Shown in pieces: positions 53,650-64,000 of a stretch of DNA of 64,000 nt. Origin of the DNA: Cycas panzhihuaensis (Eukaryota; Plantae; Cycadophyta). Each line of letters begins with the position of its first letter. Positions within the stretch are counted from its first letter, which is position 1. The notes under the pieces were generated by a model, which had not been told where the DNA came from, ran no database searches, and saw only the letters and a list, made by a program, of their open reading frames with translations. Made by a program: the position numbers and the translations under genes. The stretch spans positions 136,655,741-136,719,740 of the forward strand of contig CM041465.1 of assembly GCA_023213395.1 (NCBI GenBank), written 5' to 3'.

Positions 53650-55212
53650 TATAGTTAGATGCCTAGAAACTAAATGGGAAAAATTATATAGTTTAAAATT
53701 TTAATATTTCCAATGCCCTCATGCTAAGGAAGTTAATTAAGATTATTGATGGCTCAGAAAGAGACACACTTTCTATTATGAAAATTAGACAAGAAACATT
53801 TAACGAGAGGGATTATGAAGTATTAACTATCATCGGCATGTTTGTTATTAATGATTTAATTATGCATGTGCAAGGGATAAGTATATAAAATGAGGCATGG
53901 ATAACATTGCAATAGCTATATAAGTCTAAGAATTAGTATCACATATTATACTGAAGAAATCAATTATACTTAGAAGAGGTTCCCCCATGTTTGTAGCTCT
54001 ACATCTCTAAACGTTAAGGGAGATCATAGACCAATTATTTTTTATTAAAGAGACCACTAATTATAGGGAATTGGTCTCCATAATCATGAATAGTTTGCAT
54101 CAAGGTTTCCAATGTTTATTACAACTCTAAGTCTAGTTAAGAGATCCCACTCATTATCTTTTGAGCACTTATATGGATTTCCCTTGCATAAAGAGAAACA
54201 TTTGTATTGATATTATAATCATGATGACGTGGCCTTTAAGGTGAAATCTAAACTCAAATAGACACTTAAAACATACTTTAATACATCTCAGAATAATACA
54301 CAAGGTTAAAAAATTTAAATAACATAATAATAATTGACAACATACATAGTAACAGTGGTAACACGCATGAAAGCAACAACATTAGCAACATGAATAGAAG
54401 ATTATGTGTTTTTATTATAGCAAACTTGGCCACATCGCTAAAAATTACTACGAAAAGAAGGTAAATAAAGGTAAAAAGAAAATTGAAGGTAATCAATCTT
54501 TTGAGGAAGACATTAATGTACATACTATTTTCATGGCCTCTATAGAATTGACTTAATAGGAGATAGATACCTAGTAATAAATCTAGGCATAACTAAAAAT
54601 ATTTCATTAAAAAGGAATTGGTTTAAAGACATAAACCATCATGAAGGAATAATTTCACTAGGTAATAACAGTAAATATAGAGTTATAAGATATGAAAATA
54701 TCCTTCTAGAAACTAAGGATGGGCTTAAGAGAATCTCTAATGTTTTGTGTACATCCTTATTTGAAAATAATATATTATTTGTTAATTGGGTAATGAAGAT
54801 GGAATTAGAAGTTATGTTTAATAAAGATAATTATAAGATTAGGGAATGAGAAAACATTATTACTTAAGGTAGGCAAGAAAATGGTGTATACAATCTTTCT
54901 CACATACTTAACCATGGAATTATAACTAAAGATATGAATAGCCACTTGTGGCATGAGTAATAGGTTATTTGAACTACTTTCACTTGAAACTACTATGTAA
55001 ACTCAAAATAGCAAGTAGATAACCTTTTGTATAAAAAGAGAACAAAGTTTGTGATAGGTGTGCATTAGGAAATAACACAGGGAAAAGTTTATGTAGAGTC
55101 AATGGAGAGTTAAGGAGAAATTAGAATTTGTACATAGTGATTTATGTGGACCATTCTCTACATAATTCTTTCAAGGAGCCTACTACTTTATGATTTTCAT
55201 TGATCATTATAG
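53650..55212 (+). pseudogene. Decayed Ty1/copia gag-PR-integrase N-terminus, 3' truncated
   Basis: KLNGKNY, CFYYSKLGHIAKNY (zinc knuckle), HLWHE, VCDRCALG, LEFVHSDLCGPF and YFMIFIDHYS. Confidence 0.88.
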
Positions 55213-58200
55213 CTCATCATTGCCAAGTTAGTTCTTTTTTTCTTATTTGTTGATCTTTATTTATCTTGTTCATTTAAAAAATCTTTGAAAGAGAAAATGA
55301 AAAGAAGAGGAAAGTAGGCATTTTTTCCCTTCAAAGAGATCCTTTTTTGTGATTGTAAGATGGTTGAAATGAAATGTTCACTTGAGTGGATTGTCTTTGT
55401 TTTTTACTTCTTAAAAATATAATAAAAGGAAAGTGGAAGAGTAATTAAGATAAGTGCAACACAAGAACTCTTATCGTTTCTCTTCTCTTTAGGTGTGTTA
55501 GATATCTTTAGCTAACCTTCATCCATTTCTTTTAAATAAAAGAACAAGTTAAACAAAAAGAGAAATAATGCATTTACGTTTATTAGCATACAACAACTTT
55601 GTTTTGAGTGATTGTTTACATTATTTTCTTTTTAGTTTACCCATTTATATGATAAGGTGAAATAACATATTAGTTTTGCATTTAGAATTGCCTATTGATT
55701 GTATATTGGTTGGTCCCTTAAGTTAGGCCTTATTCCTCTAATTAGGATTCGATTGATTGACCAAAACCTGACATCCCTAGTATATCAACCTCATCATTTT
55801 CTTAGAAAAAAATACCTCCCTTTGTGAAGGGTTATTTGATCCACTGGGATCAGACATCCCTAGTGTACAAACCTCCTCTTCTTTTGGATTATTATCTCTT
55901 AACCACATTTCAAACACCAAATCTGTCAACTTGCCATCATGCTTTGGGTTGATAGTAGCTTCTTCTTTATCTTCCTTTACCACTAAGTGCAAGAACCCCC
56001 TAGAATTAAATATGGGCATCCCCAGGTCATCCATCTTCATGGGTGGATCATCATTAAGTAAAAGACTCCCTAATAGCTAACCCCTGATAGGGTCATTAAT
56101 TAAGGGTCCAAAATCTCTTGGGTTCTCACACTCGTTAGACCTCTCATTCTTTAGATTAGCACAACATGGACTTTTAACCTTTTGGGTGGGCTAGTGGTCT
56201 AGGGTACGATTTTTTCCCTCTAAAAAAACTTTAGGAAGGGTAGATAAATAGGAAGCCTTAGGTCATTTGTTTAGAGGTAAGATTTCCCCAATGACCCTCA
56301 TATTTATTGGGAGGTTGTTTACTCTTTTCCTTAATAAAAGAGAGACCTTGTATATTTGATTAATTGATTAATTATTTTGCTTAGCTTAGGTGTGTTTTAT
56401 TTTATTTAATTTTCTTCAGTTTCTTATTCTAATATAAAAAATAGCAAACTATAACAACACATGACTACTCACACCTATACATCTAACACAACCCTAGGGA
56501 ATCATGTCTTCTCATTAAGAGAAGGGTCAAGGGCTCCCCTTGAGTCACATCACTTAAGTTCTCATCCTCTCATATTCACCTTATATGATTGATATTGAGT
56601 CCTCTTAGGTGAATTGGCTCAAGTTCCTGGAACTATTTTAGCAATCATACTAAGGAGTTGTTAAAACTTCCTAATTACTCTTTGACTCTAGTAGTGTATA
56701 GAGTCATTTGTTAGACACCCCTTATTCTCCATTTATTATATCTCCCGCTTTGAAAAAGTCTTTCTACTTTGCCTTTCTCCTATTTCTTTTACTTACATTT
56801 CTACATTTCATTTATAATTCTCATGGATCCTTTTTATGCTTATCTTAGGTGATCTAGGAGACTTATTAGCCTTCCACCTAAAGACCCATAATCATCTTCC
56901 TTTCCTTCTAACCCCACACTTTATGAAGGTTATAAGACTTTAATCATTGATCTTAACACCCCTATTAGGATTCATGACATCAACAACCCTTTTGAATATA
57001 AGGAAGAGCCACTTATGTATGAGGTTTTGGTAAGGGAGACTTTTCATCAGTTTTGAAATGCCTCTCTCAAAGGAGTTACCATGCCTTCCCATTCTTATTT
57101 TATAGAGCTTAAGGGACTCTTACCACATGATGGGGGATATGAAGCATCTATAATACATCCCCCCCCTACTATGACACATCCCTTTGAGTAAGCTTCAGGC
57201 ATTGTTGTCCCTACCCATGTTAGTTCATACATCACTACTCAGGAGAGGGGAGACCTTGAGTTTGCACCCCAGCTCTCTTTATTAGCTATTGATTCTAGTG
57301 GTCATACTTAAGGTCCTCATATTCCACCTTTTATAACTTAGTAACTTAGCCCTCATTTAGAGACTTTTTAAATAGGTCCTTAAACTAAACTTGTTCCCCT
57401 ACTTAAGGCACTTTAACTAATCCTTTCCCTTCATATTAGAATGACATGCCTCCACCACCCAGAATTGCTCCTCCTCCCATAAGAGAGAATCACCCTCCAC
57501 AAGGTAATCCTTTTATTCAATGTACTTAAGCATATCACCATGCTACTTGATTCCTTATACCCCAATCGTCTTCATTTATTCCTCCTTAACAACCTTTATA
57601 GATGTCAAGAGTAGGGTAACAAATACCATAATCACATGCTCCATACTCTTGGAAACCCCTCATCACTTCTTATGGTCCACCTCTTATAGCTAACCTACAA
57701 GATCACTCTAGCCAACCTATTGGCTATTGATCATACCCTCCTCAAATGCCTTGTCACCTGGAAAGCTTCTCACATGTCTACTATATATCATTCTAGACTT
57801 ATAAGGACTCATCCTTGCCCTCCTTATTCTACTTACCCTCCTTATGTTGAAGTAATAGGACACTTAGACCAAACTTAAGTAACACCTAACCATACTCACT
57901 ATTAAAGGCCAAGAGGTCATATTTTGACTATAGAAGGAGTCCCTTTCCACAAGAAATCCTTCTCTCTCCACTCCCTCCTTTTGTTCCTGAATTACCTAAA
58001 TTTACAAGCACATTAACTCAAGATATTATGACCCATGTTTAGACCTTTGCACTTGCTTGTATCAATTATCTACCATATGATTATGTGATGATGTGACTTG
58101 TTTCGAAAACTCTTCAAGGTGATGCATTGAAGTGGTTCTATCAGTTAAATCCTATATCCATCTATTCTTTTTAGCAATTGATAGATACCTTCATTAGTTT

Positions 58201-59939
58201 TTTGATGTTACTCGCCCCTTTAACACAAGGATTAAGTCCTTGTTATCCATCAAATAAGGAGTAGAGGAGTCTTTATGCAACTTTATTTGTCATTTCCAAG
58301 ACCTAGTTCACACCTCCTAGGCCCCTGTGGATGATAACTTACTTTATGATTTGTTCATCAGTGCCTTAAGACCTCATGTCCATCTTGAAATCCTTAAGTT
58401 GATGCCTATATCATATAAATATGTAATTGAGAAGCATCTTTCCTTCAAAACCTTTAAGATTCAAGTAGCAGTCAAAAACTATCCAAACTATGTACTTCTA
58501 AAGTTAGACTTACCTCTTCAATAGATACTAAACCTCCCCAAGGTGATCATACATATAATTACTTTACTTATATTATCCATGCATTCGAAAGATCGATCAA
58601 TACTAAATTATAAGTTGATCTTAATCCCGATCTTGAGATTAAAAGGAAGCAAAAATTATCCAATATGTTGATCAAAAGAAGGGTCAAACTCCAAATTCCA
58701 ATACTCCAAAGAAGATGCCTTGGTGCTATTATCATCAAACTAATACTCACAATCATGAGGAATATAATAAACTTAAAGCTCTTCTTAGACATGGTCAAAC
58801 TAATAAGAAACCTATATCTAAACCTAATCAAAACCAATTGGTTCATAAGGATCCATTGCCTGACCACACCAAGAGGGTGCCTAAAGTCAAGGGCAACATT
58901 AAATCCTTAGATGACAATGACTTCCTCAGATTTAGAGTCTAAACCCCCACCTAAAAGCTCTTCCCCAAAGAGACATGACCCTAGAAAGGTCAATCCTCAA
59001 AATAAACTACCTATAAAGGGGGAAGAACCTAAAATGATTATCAACATAGTTGAATCTTGAAAAGTTTCTACCATAGCCAAATGGGTAGGACTCTAATGTT
59101 CCATCCAAGGATAAGTCATCCAATCCACCTCCTCAGTTATCAATAAGATTTGTTCATTTTAGGTCCATTTCAAAACTCATCAAAGAAGGATCTTTCTCAC
59201 TTGTAGAAGAGCTAAAGACTATTCTTGTTTTAATTTCAGTCATGGATCTTTTGAAAAGTTGCATTGATCAAAGGCAACTACTTTTAGATACTATAGGAAT
59301 CCCTAGACCTAACTCTCTTAGAAACCCTACTTTGGTCTTTGATCTTACCCTATTGCATAGTGAAGAGGAATGAAATCATAATTATACCACTCCCTTTTAC
59401 ATTTAGATAATTAAGGATGATATCAAAATTAAGAGGTGCATAATAAATAAAGACTCCATTATTAATATCATCCCTTTATGCCTCTTAGAAGATCTTGAAA
59501 TTTTAGCTTACAAGTTAGTCAATTAGGTTTGTTAAGGTTACGACAAGAATTAAAAACCCTAATTAGGCAAGTAAATCTCCCTCTTACTTTAGCAAGTAAG
59601 ACTATTATGGATAAAGTCACCATCATCAACTTCAATCTTGAGTTTAATATGCTCCTAAGCTACCTTGGATTAGTCAAATGTTAGCAATATATTCTTTATT
59701 ATTTGGAAAACTCAAGTTTATTTATGAAGGAGAGCTTAAGGTTGTCAAACACAAAAATAAGCCTATATAAAATTTGTCCCACTCATTGAAATCATTCAAG
59801 AAGAAGGAGAGTCTTCTTCTTATTTTACCTCCTTAAGCTTTGGTCAATATTTTAACATAGAGTTTATAGTTCAACCTAGTCATGTAGAAGTCAAACCAAG
59901 ACATATGATTATTACCACCTTCTTGCAAGACACCTCTCT
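55213..59939 (+). mobile_element. Second Tat-family element: partial 5' LTR (to 56635), PBS, gag-PR; interrupted by copy 3
   Basis: 55250-56635 is homologous to ~19740-21060, with a PBS-like TAGCAATCATACTAAGG. The gag (RSPFPQEIL, LKWFYQL, PWCYYHQTNTHNHEEY, LVHKDPLPDH) parallels the first Tat element. The left boundary is approximate. Confidence 0.85.
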
Positions 59940-60362
59940 TGTTAAAATATGCAATGGAAACCATTCAAGATCAATAGAACAAGTACCATGAACATAATAT
60001 TGTAGCATTAACTTAATATGAAAGAGATTACATCATAATGTCTCCACAACAACAATAATATCATAATGGACTCCATCTTAACTCAATATCCTACTACGCT
60101 ACCTCAACCACTTATTTATACATCACAAGTGGGAGAGAGTAGGATGACATGTGTTACATGTGGGATAAATAACCTCTTACACAACCAACCACATAACACC
60201 TATTTATTGACCAATAATATAATGACCACTTATTTGCACAAGTGTGAATTACATACATTGACTCCTAGACATGACACTCACCTAAATATAAAGGACACTT
60301 ACACATTAAACATTATCTTCCAACACCTTCCCATAATGTTTAATGTTAAGACTACAAAAAGA

Positions 60363-61608
60363 CTAAATACTAAAGACTAACATGACACTTGATAATAGAC
60401 TGAGGACATTAAATATGACTTCTATTAGACTCTTAATTTGATTAACATGTACTTTGCTTTCTTTGAATTTGTAGTACCTTGATCTTGGAATAGTCTTCAA
60501 CACAATGTTTTCTTCTTCATCTTTATCTTTATTCTTGCAATGTCATCCATGAGGTAGTCTTCTAGAGTGATCATCCTTGAACTTAACATTCTTCATCTTT
60601 ATGTGTAATAGTGATTCCTTCGTCATGCAAAGGGTATAGTGGATCATGATTGAACTAACTTGAGCTTGGTGTAAACCTGTCAAGTGATCCTATATGTACT
60701 CATTAAAAGCATATTCAAATCTTACATTAAGTATGTCTTCAATCAACATTTTAGTCAGCACTTGTTTGCTTTCATTTTCTTCAACATATGGGTGATTAGC
60801 AACTAATGAATCAATGTCAAAATTTGAAGATGAGTCAAAAGAAGAATCAACATCATTTGAAATATAAGCATCAATATCCACATCATCTATGTATTCCTTC
60901 TCTTGATTAGTACTTGTAACAACAATTCCTTTAACTTTTCATGGAAGGTCTTCATCAACTTAAGAGTAATTGGGATTAGAACCAATAACAAAATCTTTAA
61001 AAGAACAAACAACTTCATCCTCTCCTGAAGTAATAAATTCATCTAAGGGATTTTCTATTACTCAATTATCTTCATTAGTGGCCAGATCATCAATCTTAAT
61101 AATAAATTCAAGAGTAGTTCTATCATATTCATCGCTTTCTTCATATACCTTTTCATTTACATCATTGGTATAGTCTTCATCATCTTCCTTATCTGTATTA
61201 CAGTCATCAACAACTCTGTTTGCCCTTTTAAGAGCCTCTTGCACCTCTTAAGGGCTCCGTTCATATACATCCTTTAACAAATTCCATGCCTTGTTAGCAG
61301 TGTCAGTATTATGAATTGTATGAATAAGAAATTGATATAGAGAGGGAAGATTCTCTTTGTCAAACATTATAAGCATAACATCTATTGTTATTATGTTCTT
61401 TCTCCTAAAACTTTCCTTCCATTCTTCATTAATCTTTGAAGTGTCATCACAAACAACTTTCTATAACATTTAGCCATAAATATACATTCTATTTTTATTT
61501 TCTAAATTTAAAAATTAGTACCACTATATTTAGGTAAGGTTATTTTACTATTTGTTATCCAAAATTTATTTTTTCTAGCATACAAACAATAATATCTTCT
61601 AGCTCCAT
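60363..61608 (-). pseudogene. Decayed homolog of the copy 1/2 ORF
   Basis: MELEDIIVC..LPKYSGTNF*I*KIKIECIFMAK..ENLPSLYQFLIHTIHNTDTANKAWNLLKDVYERSP*EVQEALKRA, then an acidic region, then EEENIVLKTIPRSRYYKFK. Confidence 0.85.
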
Positions 61609-63049
61609 GATGAGAGATTGACTTGATTACAAGCACATTATGCATCAACTCTGAATAGAAATAACTCTATCAAAATAATAATAAATACCCTCAAATCCCA
61701 TACCAAAATGTCTATATCTAAAATACGATTCAAACATCTTAGACGGTTTGCAAAATAGATACCTAAATGAGGAGAAATTGGAAAAACTATATAGAGACCT
61801 CCTTAAACATAAAAAATCAAAGAAAGATAGTCTTAAGCGCCTTTCAAGATAAGTTACAGGTCATATTAAGGCTTCATATGGCCGAGGACCTGATCGTTAG
61901 GAGGCTAGTGAATTTTAAATTAAATTCTAATTTACCTTTATCTAATTTGACCATGCAAAAATAATTAAATTTGCTTGATAGATTTTCATTTCTACAGATC
62001 CAAAAAATATTCAAATTTGATTAAATTTGGTTTTGACCTCATAAAAAATATATAACCTCTCCTATACAAATTAACGACTGTAGATACCAAATTAAATTTC
62101 AATTCTTTTTTTTTTTTCAGTTGTATTATCTGTTTACAATCCTCTGCCTATAAAATCTCAACCACCCTATTTCAAATCTTTGTTGATTCGAATGATTCTG
62201 GATAGTATTGGAGCTCTCCACCTCCATTCATTTTTCAAGCCGCTAACTCTTTTCATCCTATTGCCTGGTCAAAGCCACAAATCATGCCATAGAAATTGTA
62301 GGTATGGGGGAGAACATAGGTTGTATGTAGAAACCCTACATAGTTGAGGGATAAACACCTACAACTACATCCACAATGCCAAGTGATGCATTATGCATAT
62401 AGAGAATGCCTCGGTTCCATAGATCACACTTGAGATAAAGCATAGTTACCAACGATGCAAGCCATAGCATCTGTATTAGCCATTGAGAAGGAGTCATCCA
62501 ACAATAGAGAAACCCTATCTCATCATTACAGAGGAGGTTCTTATATCCTAACACGTAGATTACTACCACACAATAGATGCACATGCCCATATCAGAGATC
62601 GACTGATATCGATACTTTATTTGCTTGCCAGTTACCATGGCATTGACTCTCATTGTTCAAATATACATACACATTCCCCACCAAACTATGACGTTACCCA
62701 TGAATAATGCCTCACCACTTTGTCTATGCAATTTTTTTTTTGCCCTCAAAGGACAGCTACTTGTATATGGAGATTCCTAAAGGTGCAAGGAAATTATTTT
62801 ATAGATTTTGTCTCTAATTTGGTAAATACACAACCTCCTCTACCCTGATAATGGCCCAAGTCAGTGGCCAGTTAATTCAAGGGATCTTGTTTAGTCCTAT
62901 AAGTATTTGTCTTATGGTTGCACTAATTAATCCTAGTAGGCATAGAAAAAATAGAAGGGTTATCTAGTCACACTAACCAGACATCATTAAAGAGCAGGGA
63001 GGTGATGCCCTTGAGGGACATGGATAAGCCTGTCTAGTTAATTACTCCT

Positions 63050-63108
63050 AAATTTACTCATGAGCATACTCTCAACTTAAATTTACTCATTTGAACACTC
63101 TCAACTTA
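63050..63108. repeat. 29-bp tandem duplication in the copy 3 leader
   Basis: AAATTTACTCAT......CTCTCAACTT occurs twice. Confidence 0.75.
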
Positions 63109-64000
63109 TGCTAGAGCCAAGCTGGTGAAGATGGTTACAAAACATTATCCTGACTTGCTTGATTTGGACCTCCAAAACTAAGTGAGCACTCTCTATTATA
63201 GATAGATAGAATCCTTTGTGGGAGGTAATATCATGCAATAGCTAGCAGGCAGAATTTTTTATAGCAGTTTAGTTCCTTTTTCTTTTTACATACAACTTTT
63301 TCTTCTAGGCACTTCTATCAAGAGATCTATGACTGGATTCAGATGCTTCTAGGGTAGGTTATATTCTTTTATGCACTGCAACTATTTTTTCCTTTTTTAC
63401 ATAGAAGACTCTCTTTCTTATAGCTAGCTTCTAAAAAACCCTCAATATTTCTAACACAACTCTAATAAATATTTATAAGTATATGTATAAAACCCTCATT
63501 TTTTATAATAATTCAGTTTTACATCAATCACGGTCATTGGTTTGGCAACAAGGATAGCTTCAAAATTTCACCTTCTATAGGCAAAACCATAAACAAGTAC
63601 TTAACTCTACAGAGCCACCTCCACACATAAAAAGTGATGAACCTACACAAGGATAAACTTGACAAGCAACCTGCTTTGATATCATGTTAAAATATGTAAT
63701 GGAAACCATTCAAGATCATGCAATATTCAAGATCAATACAATAAGTATCATGAACATAATATTGTAGCATTAACTTGATATGAAAGAGATTACATCACAA
63801 TGTCTCCACAACAATAATAATATCATAATGGACTCTATATTAACTTAATATCCTGCTATTCTACCTTAACCACTTATTTATATATCACAAGTGGAAAGAG
63901 TAGGAAGACATGTGTTATATGTGGGATAAATGACCTCTTACATAACCAACCACATAACACTTATTTATTGACCAATAATCTAATGGCCACTTACTTCCAT

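Larger units (their letters stand above)
59940..64000 (-). mobile_element. Non-autonomous copia-type LTR retrotransposon, copy 3 (divergent subfamily; 5' LTR runs off the window)
   Basis: LTRs at 59940-60325 and 63685-end. PPT TTATGGGAAGG on minus at 60326-60336, PBS TGATATCAAAGC on minus at 63673-63684. Carries a homologous ORF. Confidence 0.92.

Noticed and set aside
62270-62350. Plus-strand peptide KATNHAIEIVGMGENIG resembling the papain-family NHAVxxVGYG motif in the copy 3 leader
   Set aside because: No downstream W-x-x-KNSWG, no upstream catalytic Cys region and stops nearby. It is too short to separate from chance without BLASTx.

Overview
An AT-rich, gene-free stretch of plant nuclear DNA (the TE content suggests a gymnosperm; this is inference) made almost entirely of nested retroelements. 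The backbone is an old ~35 kb Tat-clade Ty3/gypsy element (17777-52923, 3.3 kb LTRs) with a stand-alone archaeal-type RNase H ORF downstream of integrase. A chromovirus (25779-38734) sits in its RT, and a full-length L1 LINE (32181-38578) sits in the chromovirus 3' LTR. Decayed Ty1/copia and gypsy fragments and a second Tat-family copy fill the flanks. The main finding is three copies (8626-12756, 46635-49803, 59940-end) of a small non-autonomous copia-type LTR family. Each carries one ORF pushed against the PPT that joins the Gag N-terminus to what looks like the last helix of Pol RNase H through an acidic linker, downstream of a leader that differs between copies. A second notable structure is an integrated fold-back (palindromic) LTR product with a 5-bp TSD at 15012-15813. 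I found no host genes, tRNA/rRNA genes or CRISPR arrays. All alignments and divergence figures were done by eye.
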